A DNA stretch of 64,000 bases from Octopus sinensis. Lineage: Eukaryota. A program made the translations under genes and the position numbers. The notes below the pieces were generated by a model. The model was given only the letters and a program-made list of their open reading frames with translations, ran no database searches and was not told where the DNA came from. Of this stretch, positions 11,905 to 25,376 are shown piece by piece (the stretch's first letter is position 1; the number at the start of each line of letters is the position of its first letter). The DNA lies in the NCBI RefSeq assembly GCF_006345805.1, contig NC_043013.1, positions 16,368,001 to 16,432,000 on the forward strand, given 5' to 3'.

Positions 11905-12585
11905 GTGGAGAGCTGACAGAATCTTCAGAACACCAGACAAAATGTTTAGCAGCACTTATTCCGGCTCTTTATATTTTGAGTTCAAATACTCCCGCAGTTG
12001 ACCTTGCTTTCATCCCCTCGGGGGTCGATAAGATAATGTACCTGTCAAATACTTGAGTCGATGTAATAAGCTTTCCATTCAGCTCAAAATTGCTGGCTTT
12101 GTGCCAAAATTAGAAAGGATTATTATAAAGATTATCTAATTGAATCATTAGCAGACCTGACGAAATGCTTAGCGGCTTTCCTTCGAGTGTTTTTCACGTT
12201 CTGAGCTTAAATAGCTCCGAGGTCAACTTTACCTTTCATCCTTTCGGGGTCGATAAAATAAAGTACAAGTCATGTACTGGGATCGATGGTATTGACTAAC
12301 TTCTACCCTAAAACCGCTGGCCATATCACAACATTCCTAAAGAATAATTATCACTATTACCGCAGTATTTTTATGGCAGCGAGCTCGCAACATAATTAGC
12401 ACACCTAACAAAATGCTATGTGGCATTTCGCTCTTTCCAACGTTTTGAGTTCAAATGCCGTCAAGGTCGACTTAGCCTTTTATCCTTTTCGGAGACGATG
12501 AAATAAGTACCAGTTGAACACGGACGATGATCTCGACTTAACCTCTACCCCTAAAACTGCTGGCCTTGTACCAAAATTTGAAACC
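11905..12585 (+). mobile_element. Three diverged tandem SINE family A copies
   Basis: Family A core recurs at about 11980, 12210 and 12450. Confidence 0.75.
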
Positions 12586-12608
12586 TATATTTATGTATAT
12601 ATAAACAA

Positions 12609-13006
12609 CTAGCAGTATCGCCCGGCGTTGCTCGGGTTTGTAAGGGAAATAACTATATAAGCATTTTTAGAGAATTATAGCCAAAAAATAGCAAAAAAAT
12701 GCATTAAAAATGGAAAAAAAATGATGGTAAATTTTTTTTTAAATCGTTGACTCATCGTAGACATTTTTAGAGAGTTACTTCCCTTATATAATAGCGAAAA
12801 AATGCAACAAAATGGAAAAAAATGATGGTAAATTTTTTTTTAAATCGGAAACTCATCGTAGACGCGCGCTAATACCCAGAAGGGCTCGATATGAATCACG
12901 ACTATAAGATACCCGGTTTTGGTTAAACTGCACCGCAAAATGTGGGAGTAGTTAGGAATCTAAATCGTAGGAGACAGACACACAACTTGACTTTTATATA
13001 TAAAGA
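12609..13006 (-). mobile_element. Non-autonomous Helitron
   Basis: Same CTAG plus hairpin end as 6327 and 14982; TC start. Confidence 0.7.
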
Positions 13007-13066
13007 TATCTTTTTATATCGGCCCCGTTAAAAAGGACGTGAGAATCATCAAAAGGAAGTACTTAC

Positions 13067-13238
13067 CTGCCTTAAACTGTTTGTAGGTAACAAGTCCTTC
13101 ATCATCTGTGTCATAACTACTAAACAACTCCGTGACAGAGTTGGAGTTCACAGCTAGCCATCGATTCACACGGTACACGATGCTTTCCACTAATTCTTCG
13201 TTCGACCTCATCTTTTCAACTTCTTTCTCCAGCTTCTC
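13067..13238 (-). CDS. EF-hand/ubiquitin-like-domain protein, exon 2 (EKLEKEVEKMRSNEELV...LFSSYDTDDEGLVTYKQFKA)
   Basis: ttctag acceptor, CAG|gtaagt donor, 172 nt, phase 0-1; EF-hand helix-loop-helix. Confidence 0.88.
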
Positions 13239-14318
13239 CTAGAATTATACATACATACATATATATATATGTTTGTTTTGATGTCAAGTTACATATAAAA
13301 TCAATTTAAAATTAAACTGGAGGATAATTCAATACTTTCTAGTAGGGTACATGTTTATGAACTTTTATGAGAAGGGTGACAGTGACTTCGAAATTTCGAA
13401 TACTACTCGCCTATTATATATATATATAACCTGCTACACCTTCTAGTTACCATCACCTGACCCAAAAGTGACCAATCGAAGACGAAGAATTCGATGTGTT
13501 CTATACTAACTGCCCCTGAATCCAAGAATCAAGCTCATTCATTTATGTTTTTGTTGCTTGAAGGATCGCACATAACAAGAAACTCTGTGCATGGACGCTT
13601 AACAACTCAATCAGTTAAAGGCCTCGTCACTAACTTCATCATGGGTCCCGTATGCTGTTGCTTAATCTGCTAAACTAACAGCCAAAATTCCTCAAATTTT
13701 CTCAAAATGACACGTTACTATCTTAGAATAGGATATGTTCGACAATGCGATCCTGGGTTCTGTTGACAAGAGGAAAACACAGTGTTGTCACGGCTGGAAT
13801 ACATTTGGTCACCGGTCTATTGGTTCAGGGCTGACCTGGAGCTAAACTATATCGCAGTCATGAATCTACAGTCTAACTATTTAGAAATACAATGGACCGC
13901 TGAAGGAATACAACATATCTTTAGAGTTGCACTGTGGCCTTTATGCCTAACCACTGTATGCAGGAATGTGAGTGTTAAGTCTTTAACTCGGCAAGGACAT
14001 GGCATATCTGGGACGATGGATCTGTGGGCGGGGCCTCAGGTGTTCGGTCGATTACTTGAGAGACACTGACCATGGAATTGCACCTAGAAAGTTACCCTCC
14101 CAGGCACAAGTCCGGGCAAGGTTGTTTATGGAAGACCAACAGTCGCCCATGCATACCGGCCTCTCCTCTCCACGCCACCAACTGGAGCAACGTGAAATAA
14201 TGTGTCTTGCTCAAGAACACAACACGCAGTCCGGTCCGGGATTCGAGCTCAAAACCCCGCGAACCACTGAGCAATACCCCTACACAGCAACAATATTCTA
14301 AGCATTATTAATACAGAT

Positions 14319-14357
<39 letters not shown>

Positions 14358-14596
14358 GCACGCACGCGCGCGCGCGCGCTCGCACAAATACTCTAACAGG
14401 GAAGAATAGAAATTAATGTCTAACCCAACTGTATTTCAACTCCGAATACGAAAGAACACAAAACTGAAACATACAAGACTCCACGTGATTTCATCCTTTA
14501 CGTATTTTAGTCAAAAATTCCCACCATCCATCTTTACTTTACATTCAATCTATCGGGAGTCGATGAAGTAACTACCATTCGATTTAGTCGATATAA

Positions 14597-14982
14597 TCTC
14601 TCTATATATAAACGGCAGTTTGTCTGTCTGCGTGTCTGTGTGTCTGTTAGGTTGTACCCTCACCCTGACCACGGCTTTCAACCGATTCTGATGAAACTTG
14701 ACACACACATAGCCCAATGTCATAATTCAAAACTAACGCAGCGAAAATTTTGAAAAGTTCCCCCAGTTCTGAAAAAAAATCGATAAATTCGACATGGGGT
14801 CGAGAATCAGAAACGCAAACCACAGACTGTCTAGGGGACGCAACTCGACCTTTTTAACTCTCAAAAAAAAATTTACCATAATTTTTTTTCAATTTTTTTG
14901 CTATTTTTTGGCTATAACTCTCTAAAAATGCTTTATAGTTATTTCCCTTACAAACCCGAGCAACGCCGGGCGATACTGCTAG
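14597..14982 (+). mobile_element. Non-autonomous Helitron
   Basis: A|TCtctctatatata...cccgagcaacgccgggcgatactgCTAG|T; near-identical to the 6327-6730 copy in inverse orientation. Confidence 0.75.
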
Positions 14983-15112
14983 TTGATTATACTTTAGAAG
15001 GCGATGCTCCAGTATGACTACAGAGTGCCATGATTGGAACAAATAAAATAATAAAACAGCATATAACTTTAAAATATAATTTTTAAAACATGTCTTCTAG
15101 CTTAGGACTTAC

Positions 15113-15172
15113 TTCATTTGATTTCTTTTTCTTCTTTACTTTCTTCGTCTTCTTCTTTGATCGTCCTGTCAT
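15113..15172 (-). CDS. EF-hand/ubiquitin-like-domain protein, exon 1 (MTGRSKKKTKKVKKKKKSNE)
   Basis: ATG at 15172, 20 codons, GAA|gtaagt phase-0 donor matching exon 2. Confidence 0.75.
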
Positions 15173-15184
15173 ATTATCAATGTA

Positions 15185-16156
15185 CGTTCCTGGTATGGAG
15201 TCTTTTATGAAAGGTATTAATAATATAAGGGTTTCTCAGCTAGAGATGGGGGGAGGGGTCCACGTTGAGCTACCGTCGTATGTCAGTATTCATTGAACAG
15301 AGCCACAACAGCGGCGGGTAATATGGATTGTCCAATATGGATTGTCCATTAGTTAATGTAAAATCCAAATATGAGTTTATCGAGTGTCGGTAAATTCATG
15401 TTGCAATGAGAATTGGCAAAAAAGAAAAAGAAAAATGGACGTTTCAGATTAGGGTCAGTTAGCGGTTATATTGTCAACGCAATCCCTTATTGGTTTCCTT
15501 AGATTTTAGATTTTGTCCTACAACTAAGGGCCTTAGTTTAGTGCGTTACTGTTCGTCTGCATTCATGGATCCACCGCGGTTTAATCAACGGACGACTTTC
15601 TTGTTTATAAAGAGGAAGAATTCATCCCCAATTTTCTGCAGTTGTTATATATCCCTGATCTTTACTCAGGGCTCACAGTCACAGATATAATGATTGCCTA
15701 TAAGTTGAAAACTGTTAATAGTCGTTGTTGTTGTCCTTGCTCTAGTTGATAATGATAGTGGTGGTGGTTGTGGCAGTGGTGGTGAAGGCGGCGGTACAGT
15801 TGCTCTTGTTATTATTGTCTGTTTGTTAAATAATGGTTGCGACTTATTACTTCTCAGGAACTGCGTTGTTGTGAAACGTTACCGATTTACCTCTTTTGTG
15901 GTCTTTAAAATCTGTGGGAAATTGGAGACAGTTTATTCTGGCGGTGGGTCAATGTTGTGTTGTGATGTTTCCTTGACACAAACAGACCTCCCCCCCTCAC
16001 ACACACACATACATACACAAACACATAAACACACAAACACACACACGCATGTATATATAAATGTTTATATAATATACATTTATATATATATGTGTGTATA
16101 TCTATCTATCTATCTATCTATCTATATATATATATATATCTATATATATATATATC

Positions 16157-16231
<75 letters not shown>

Positions 16232-16394
16232 TATACATATATATATGTATGTGTATATATAATATGATATATATATATATAATATATATATATATACAAT
16301 AAATTCAGGGTGAATACTTGATAAATGTAAGCACCTGTATATGTATCAACGTATATACATATACATATCTGTAAATGGCGATATATATACATAC

Positions 16395-16457
<63 letters not shown>

Positions 16458-16597
16458 CATACACACATATACATATATGTGTACTATCACCACTTGCTCT
16501 ACATTTACTTGCCAACAGAATAACGTAACTATTTGTTCATTCACTTGATTTATGCGGTGTCAGATGAAGTGTTAACAGCAACAGCAGCAGCACCACT

Positions 16598-16658
<61 letters not shown>

Positions 16659-16740
16659 GTAGTAGTAGTAGTAGTGGGGCGGTGGTAACTGCAGGCTGCA
16701 GTATTCCCTGAAAGAGTACGTCTGCGCCAGTTTATTGTGT
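15185..16740 (+). repeat. Non-coding block directly upstream of the EF-hand gene, duplicated at about 20345-22810 (direct) and partly at about 17940-19050 (inverted)
   Basis: Shared anchors: tcttttatgaaagg..aatataagggtttctc; ttggtttc..gattttagatttt..actaagggcctta; gacagttta.tctg.cggtg; cgtctgc. Confidence 0.7.
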
Positions 16741-16767
16741 GTGTGTGTTTAAATATATATATATGTA

Positions 16768-16803
<36 letters not shown>

Positions 16804-17009
16804 TGTATGTATGTATGTATGTATAGAAAACCCTAAAAACGGAGAACATGCACACTCTAAGAAGCAGAGCAGTCTATATTTATTACTGGTGAATTCCTGT
16901 TTATAGGGTTATCCTGGGTTTCTCGCCGTAAAGATACTCTTTATGGCAAGAAACCGAGAGTAACCCTATAAACAAGCCTTCACCAGTAATATATATGTAT
17001 ATATTGTTT

Positions 17010-17270
17010 GTTCCTTCTTGAGCCACGCCTGGCTCATAAGGCCGGTTTCCTTGGCGTATAGGTTCCCCACCTGGACGGGACGCCGGTCCGTCGCAGGCGA
17101 GCTGCAAGATGCATGAGGAAAGATTGAGAGAAAGTTGTGGCGAAGAGTCAGCAGAAGTTCGCCATTACCTTCCGCCGGAATCGCGTGGAGCCGCCCGGTT
17201 TGAGATTCGAACCAGCGATCCCCCGACCGCGATTCCGCTGCTCTAACCACTAGGCCTTATGCCTTCACAC
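17010..17270 (-). mobile_element. SINE family C
   Basis: Head ggcctagtggttagagcagcgga..ggttcgaatc on the minus strand. Confidence 0.7.
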
Positions 17271-17282
17271 ACACAAATATAT

Positions 17283-17314
<32 letters not shown>

Positions 17315-17776
17315 AATATATGCACACATACATACATACCTATATGTATATACCTAGATATATAAGTATATATACATGCATATATGGGTATAGAACATCA
17401 AAAACACCTTGAACACATGAGAAACGTAAACATAAAAACAAAAACATAGAAAACGAACTTTTTTTCGAACAACGAAACAAAATACAGAGAAACGAGATAT
17501 GCAACATAAAGAATATTCCCCTTCATCAATTGTCCCTGTTTCATCAACTCCGCCCTCGAAGGCAAGGACAAAACGCGACTTCGTGGAAACAATCCTTCCC
17601 GCAAAGCAAATTCATGTATATATGTATATGTATATGTGTGTGTGATTGTATATGTGTATGTGTGTGTGTTTGAGCGTCAATAATACTTTAATTGTTCCAC
17701 GTCCAGCGTTGCTGTGTTTTTTTCTCTTTTTTTTCTCTTTTTTTCTGTTTTCTTGTTTGGATTAACTTTATATATC

Positions 17777-17807
<31 letters not shown>

Positions 17808-18055
17808 ACGCACACACACACGCCACACACACACACACACACCAAACGCCACACACACACATATATATATATATAATATCTATATATATATATATAATAT
17901 ACACACATTACAACACACATACACACACACGCACTCACAATGCTCAGGTGCAGACGCATTGTTTCACAGAATCCTATCACCTGTAGTCACTATCACCATT
18001 ACCACTAGCCAATAACACCACCAAAACCACCAGACCACAACTACTACTATTAGTA

Positions 18056-18102
<47 letters not shown>

Positions 18103-18234
18103 TTAAGACAACGGTTGACGACGACAACGACTAACACAGCTACGTTTTCGTCTTATATATATATATGTGTATATATATATATATATTATATATATATATA
18201 TATCTATATATATATATATAATATATCATATATA

Positions 18235-18312
18235 TATAACAATAGCTGTTTCAACACACGATTCACATCAGGAATCTTGCAAAACAAATGCCAAAACGTA
18301 TATGTATATATA

Positions 18313-18358
<46 letters not shown>

Positions 18359-18620
18359 TCGTTTTGGTATTGTTTTGCAAGATTCCTGATGTGAAATCGC
18401 GTGTTGAAACAGCTATTGATATATTTCGACAGGGTTATTTGTTCTTTTCTTGCCAGATAAACACACGCACCATATAATCATTGTTCACTCGTTTATTGTT
18501 GTTCTTATTTTATCTGATGTCCATTGTCTGGAAATCTTTCGTCACACATTTTCGACCTCTTCAGTGACTCCCCCATTCCACGCGCGTCCTCTTGTTCTGT
18601 TTAGCCCATTCTGTGAGAAT
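18235..18620. mobile_element. PLE-like fragment with inverted terminal copy around (TA)n
   Basis: 18240-18297 is the reverse complement of 18360-18420. Confidence 0.5.
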
Positions 18621-18900
18621 GGCCTAAATTGCAACGAAGGTGGGCTGTGAAATATGTGCCATGGCTCACGCCTCTTCTCCAATACAATAACATATTTCAC
18701 ATACATGGCTATTTAGTACGAAGGTAATAAGCGTGCTACCCAAAAGCACGGTTTCGGGTTCTGTCCCACAGTGTTGCATTTTCGGCAAGGGTCCATCACC
18801 ATAGTCCAGGCCCACCGAATCTTTGTGAGTTGATTTGGGAGGGAAATTGAAAGGAGACCGTTGTATATATATACATATACATATGTGTGTGTGTGTGTGT

Positions 18901-18931
<31 letters not shown>

Positions 18932-19127
18932 GTGCTTATGTGTGATTTCTCCAAGGCAACATCGCAACACAGCGTAGACCCACCAAGAGAATAAACTGTC
19001 TGCAGTCTTCCACAGACTTTAAAACCACGAAACAGATAAATCAGCACTGAATACGCTCACATATTTCTCTCTCTCCTCTCGCTCTCTCTCTCTTCTCTTA
19101 TCTCTTTCCCTCCCTCTTCGCTCTCTC

Positions 19128-19182
<55 letters not shown>

Positions 19183-19262
19183 GATATATATGCACACGCA
19201 CACATATATATACCACACAACTACACATGCACACGCTCTCATATACATATATTTACACGCGC

Positions 19263-19307
<45 letters not shown>

Positions 19308-19892
19308 TTTATTAAAGCATATTACTCTACACTGGTATTGAGTACTCTTTTCCACCTTGTTTCACATTTATATGTTAACACCGGTGTATTGGGCCATAGT
19401 GCCCAAATTCTGACTTGAAAGACTTCACCAGGTGGTTGCTATTAAGTTAGACATGGCCTGGGCCAATAATGGCCGAAACCTATCAAAGTATCAAAGTATA
19501 TATATATATAGATATATATATAAATAATAAATATTAGGGAATAAATCCAAATTTACAGGGAAAAAAATCAGATTTAGGATTAAATCCAATTTTATAGTAA
19601 AATATTATAAAATATTATTAGAGACAAAACCACTATTTTGCAAAACAAACAAGGAAAGACTTAATCAATACATAAAATGTTAATAAATAGTCAAAAAAAC
19701 CGCCACTACATGTATGTATATGTATATGTATATGTATAGATATACATATACACACACACACACTTGCATGTGCAATCCACATACATGTGCGTACGCACAT
19801 ATGCATACATACGCATACATACTTAAAGCTAAGTTACGGGGACGTATTTAAATCAACATCTGGTTTCAAGCGGCGGTGAGACATATACAAAG

Positions 19893-19956
<64 letters not shown>

Positions 19957-20529
19957 TAACATACACACACACACTAACACACACACACCACCTTTCAGTT
20001 TCCCTCTTCCAAATCAATACATAAAACTCTGGTGGCCCCGGAATTATATCGAAAGATATTCGCCTAAGTTGCGAGATTGCGAGATTGCGAGACAGAACCG
20101 AGACCATATTTTTGCGATACAAACTTCTGGCCTTCATACTACACGACTATGTATGTAGATTTTGTTATTGTGTGGGAGTTGAGACGTGGCGTATGACATA
20201 TTTCACAGCCAGTTTTCGTTGCAGTTTAGGCCATGATTAACAAATAAAAACACCGCCTGGGTTAAAAGTTTCCATTGTTATACAACAAACCGGAATTCTG
20301 TTGGTGACGACGACGACGACGGGCTCCATTTGCATGTACTTAGTAGAAGGTCTTTTATGAAAGGGTTTCTAAATATAAGGGTTTCTCGGCTAAAGATTTG
20401 GCCCACGCGGTGCTACATTTATTGTGTGTCAGTTACTGTTAGTCTTCATTGAATACAGTTACCAAAGCGGCAGATGATGTGGATTGCGCATTATTAGTTG
20501 AAGTACAATCCAAATACGACTTTATTCTT

Positions 20530-20777
20530 TTTTCTTTTATTCTTTTATTCTTTTATTTGTTTCAGTCATTTGACTGCGGCCATGCTGGAGCACGGCCCTT
20601 AGTCGAGCAAATCGACCCCAGGACTTATTCTTTGTAAGCCTAGTACTTATTCTATCGGTCTTTCTTGCCGAACCGCTAAGTTACGGGGACGTAAACACAC
20701 CAGCATCGGTTGTCAAGCGATGTTGGGGGACACAACACAGACACACAAACACACACACACACAACACACACATATAT

Positions 20778-20828
<51 letters not shown>

Positions 20829-21075
20829 TACATACACAAACATATATTATATATACATACATACATATAATAACATATATACGACAGGAGGAGGCTTCTT
20901 TTTCAGTTTCCGTCTACCAATCCACTCACAAGGCTTTAGTCGACCCGAGCTATAGTAGAAGGCACTTGCCCAAAGTGCCACGCAGTGGGACTGAACCAGA
21001 ATCATGTGGTTGGTAAGCAAGCTACTTACCACACAACCACTCCAGCGCCTACGCACATAACCGCTCCTGCGCCTA
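20530..21075 (-). mobile_element. SINE family B (tRNA head plus CORE-like segment, internal (CA)/(TA) microsatellite)
   Basis: Minus head ggcgc..gtggt.gtgtggtaagtagcttgcttaccaaccacatg..gttcagtcccactgcgtggcac.ttgggcaagtg. Confidence 0.85.
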
Positions 21076-21424
21076 TATTGAGTAACAATATATTCAGATC
21101 ACAATAAGGATTTGCAAGAAAGAAAAATTAGAAAGCTGACGTCTTGGATAACAGTTTGTCAGCAGTTATATTGCTGACGCAATCACTCATTGGTTTCTTC
21201 GGATTTTAGATTTTTTTCCTGTCACTAAGGGCCTTAATTTTGTGCATTACCGTTGGATCAACAATTGTGAATCAAGGGACAGATTGTTAGTTTATAAAGG
21301 GGAAAAATTTATCCCCGTTAACGAGGTTACTTCTCTGCAGTTGTTGTATAGCAATTGCTGGTCTTTATTCAAGGGACTCAGATATTATAATGGGCTATTA
21401 GTTGACTATTTATTGTTCTCTCCC

Positions 21425-21825
21425 CTTCTCTCTTTTACTTGTTTCAGTCATTTGACTATGGCCATGCTGCAGCACCGCCTTTAGTCGAGCAAATCGACCC
21501 CGGGACTTATTCTTTGTAAGCCTAGTACTTATTCTATCGGTCTCTTTTGCCAAGTGACGGGTACGGAAACACACCAGCATCGGTTGTCAAACGATGTTGG
21601 GGGACAAACACAGACACACAAACATATACACACACACACATATATACATATACATATATACGACGGGCTTCTTTCAGTTTCCGTCTACCAAATCCACTCA
21701 CAAGACTTTGGTCGGCCCGAGGCTATAGTAGAAGACACTTGCCCAAGTTGCCACGCAGTGGGACTGAACCCGGAACCATGTGGCTCGTAAACAAGCTACT
21801 TACCACACAGCCACTCCTACGCCTC
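21425..21825 (-). mobile_element. SINE family B
   Basis: Near-identical to 60398-60823 and 61350-61822. Confidence 0.85.
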
Positions 21826-22166
21826 CTGTTGTTGCTTTTGTTTGGCTGGTGTTGACAATGGCGGTACTGTTGCTGTTGTTATTATTTAGACCTATGTCGG
21901 TCTTTACCAGGCAGACATAAAATAAAAAGCTGTTCCATCCATGATCAATCTGTCGTTCATGCATCAAACAAAGAGTCCATTGTTCAATGTCATTTATAAA
22001 TAAAATAATCTAGACTATAAAAGGTTAGCTGTTATTTCTCACTGGGCGAGTGACTGCAGAGTAAATGCTGCTTCATAGGTTCGTCTGTTCACCCTCTATT
22101 CAGTTTCTGGTGCCCTAATAATGTACGTTGCTGATGGCTGCTATTCGAAGGTGAGTGGTGTGGTCA

Positions 22167-22402
22167 AGGCGGCGAGCTGGCAGAAACGTTAGGATGCCGG
22201 GCGAAATGCTCAGCAGTATTTCGTCTGTCGCTACGTTCTGAGTTCAAATACCGCCGAGGTCGACTTTGCCTTTCATCCTTTCGGGGTCGATTAAATAAGT
22301 ACCAGTTACGCACTGGGGTCTATATTATCGAGTTAACCCGTTTGTCTGTCTTTGTTTGTCCCTTCTGTGTTTAGCCAGCCCCTTGTGGGTAGTAAAGAAA
22401 TA
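22167..22402 (+). mobile_element. SINE family A, long-tail subfamily, with 10-bp TSD
   Basis: TSD ggtgtggtca at 22157-22166 and 22403-22412. Confidence 0.9.
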
Positions 22403-22850
22403 GGTGTGGTCAGAATAGTTGATGAAGTGACCGGCTCTTAGTTAAACAATGGTTGGAACTTAACCCTTTTCTGGAACTATGTTGATATGAAACATTGCTG
22501 ATTCTTCTGTTCTGTGGTTCCAGAGTGTGGAAGACTGGGGACAGTTTAATCTGTCGGTGAATCTATGTAGTGTTGAGACGTTTCCTTGACAAGATCACAC
22601 ACAAGCACACGCGCGCGGGCATATTTGTGTGTGTGTGTGCATGCGCGAGTCTATATGTGTATAATCTGGTCTACTTTTACCTGTCGAAACAATAAGGTTG
22701 CTATCTGGTGACCCATTTCATTTATTTGACATGAGAAGAAACGGTGGTGGTTGGGTAGCGACTGAAGGCTGTAGTGTTCTCCAGAAAGGGTGCGTCTGCA
22801 CATGTGCACTGTGTGTGTGTGTGTGTTGTGTGTGTGTGTATGTCTGTATG

Positions 22851-22883
<33 letters not shown>

Positions 22884-22974
22884 TATATATATATAATATA
22901 TATACATATACATATATACATATATAATATATATATATATATATATATAATATATATATATATATATAATATAT

Positions 22975-23041
<67 letters not shown>

Positions 23042-23609
23042 TGTATGTATGTATGCATGCATGTATATATACTTACAAAAGGGTTGAGCCCCTACCAATC
23101 AAAAGTTACTGCTAAAAAGTTAAGGTGGAAACAACACGAAAGTATGTTTAAAGCTTTTTCTTTATATTTGGTACATCGAGATTTATAAAATACTAGCAGA
23201 GATACTCGGCGTTGCTCGTGTCACATGACATTGAAGAATTAGACATTTCTTTTATATTTTCTTTAATGAACTGGAATTCCCATGATTCGAATTTCATCAA
23301 AATTACAGATGAAGGATTTTAATGAGGGTTCTTTCCCTCTTTACACACCCTAGCAAAAATTCTAATCATGACACATTTATCTCACACTATTCATCTTTAC
23401 GCCCAGATTCCAAAATCCAAATTTTATGGAACCTATTCAAAGGTTTCTGCTCCTGAAAAATGGAGGTCATGGTGCTCTGAAATTTGGGAGTTAAGGCCCC
23501 TATAGGCAGAAGGGGTGTCTTTAAGTCAACCAAAGAAGTTGAATTGTTGAGAACCTTTTTAACTTGAGTCTTATATCTAGTGTTCAAATTTCTTTGAAAT
23601 CGGAAATAT

Positions 23610-24665
23610 ATGTATGTTATCTGGGTTTGTAAAAGAGAGCAAAGCTACAGGAAACCAAAAGACAATGATCACAATAATTAGTTTTGTTGGTCTCTCGCCC
23701 AACTGCGCCTCGCACATAATAATCAAGGGGGTTGTGCGGTCTGGGAAGTTAGGTGGAAAGATGTTTGGATTGATGTGGTCGCAGAAATTGTCTGACAGCC
23801 ATGACTGGGTTCTCCTACTTGTTTGGCATGGTACAGTCTTATTGCCAGATATAGGGTCTTCCTGCAGCCACCCTCTTGATACAGATCAGCACTACCTCCT
23901 AAAGGCACTTGATGTAGGCCTCCGTGTTGAGTCTGAGGTCGTGTGGGAAGATGAATGGAGGCATAACATCGCCATCACTAGTCACTAGTGATCACTCCAA
24001 ATACCATGATGTTAACTAGATATTTGATTTTTATCACCCTCGGCACATGTTTTGGGGACACGGCAATCCAGCGGTTGTTCTGTGTGTTCACCATCTGACC
24101 CTGGCAGATATTTTTCTCGTGTACATATTCGATTGGACAGAATGCTTAAGTTTGTTTAGAACTTCGTAGCGCAGTCTTCTCTCTTGTACTTGATGGCTAG
24201 GGATAAAGATTGGCCTGTTCTCATGTATTTACTACCTACCTGATAAGAAACTCAGACACTCCCATGTTTCTCGCGATGGACCTGATTGACTTGGAGGGAT
24301 CATTGTCAATTATTGCCTGGATCTCACCAACAAATTCAGGAATTCAGAACGATCAGAGTGAGTTTTCCGAACTGCCGTACCTTCATAATCACCATTAAAC
24401 TAATCTAACTCTTTCCGAATCCTTTGCACTGTCCTCAGATTGACACCCAAACACTCTGAAATGTTCGTAATGGAGCTTCCGGCGCGAATGTCAAGCAGTA
24501 CAGCATGCCATTTCCAAATTTCTGGCAGAGTAAATTGCGTCATGGTACTGTTTTTCTCACATATGGCACCCAACTGACCCTACTATACTGTGTAGTTAAC
24601 AAAATCAAAAAGACACAATGCACATGCACGAAATAAAAAATATAAAATGGTGACAATTTACCCAT
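23610..24665 (-). mobile_element. Decayed Tc1/mariner-superfamily transposase
   Basis: Frame-broken remnants such as YIKCL..AGRPYIWQ*D and PLDYYV.GAV, resembling the SPDxNPLDY region of DD(x)D transposases. Confidence 0.6.
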
Positions 24666-24749
24666 CGCTCTCTGTATATATACATATATGTATGAATCTG
24701 TATGTGAGTGAGTGTGTGTGTGTGGGTGTGTCTGTGTGTGTGTGTGTGC

Positions 24750-24781
<32 letters not shown>

Positions 24782-25376
24782 TTACGTATCTGTGTGTCTA
24801 CGTTCCCGGTGTTGGTGTGTTTTACGTTCCCGTAACTTAGTGGTTCGGCAAAAGAGACCGACAGATTAAGTACTAGGTTTAAGAAATAAGTCTTAGAGTC
24901 GATTTGATGGACTAAAACCCGTCAAGGCGATGCTCCAGCATGGTCGCAGTCAAATGACTGAAACAAGCAAAAGAATGAAAGAATATAAAAGAAAAGATAT
25001 TTCAAAAGAAAAGTTGTTACAAATATTTTTTTATATAATAAGTAAGTGAAATGTATGAATGCCACAACATATCGTTCCTCCAAAATTTTACTTTGTATAT
25101 AAATAAATAAATAAATAAATAACAAGAAATCAGTATTGTATTTCATTTATTAATTTTATTGAACTGTTCTTCTTTCTCGAAGTAAAAAAATAGTCACTTT
25201 TTCCTAAATTTCTGTGAAATATCCTTCCACCAAACGTATATTTATCCAAAGACAGTGAATCCGATGTGATAAGAGATACCGCTCTCTCAAATCAGCGATG
25301 GTTTTAAATTATTGTTAACGGACCGAAGAACATGAAGGTTTTTGTATCATTTAACGAGAAGTTTCATATTTCAGAG

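Noticed and set aside
18380-18420. ctgatgtga...gaaacagct hammerhead-like string
   Set aside because: Core is not CUGANGA and no convincing stem I or II could be formed
15823-23098. Many YIYI/HTHT/CVCV ORFs
   Set aside because: Dinucleotide microsatellite artefacts
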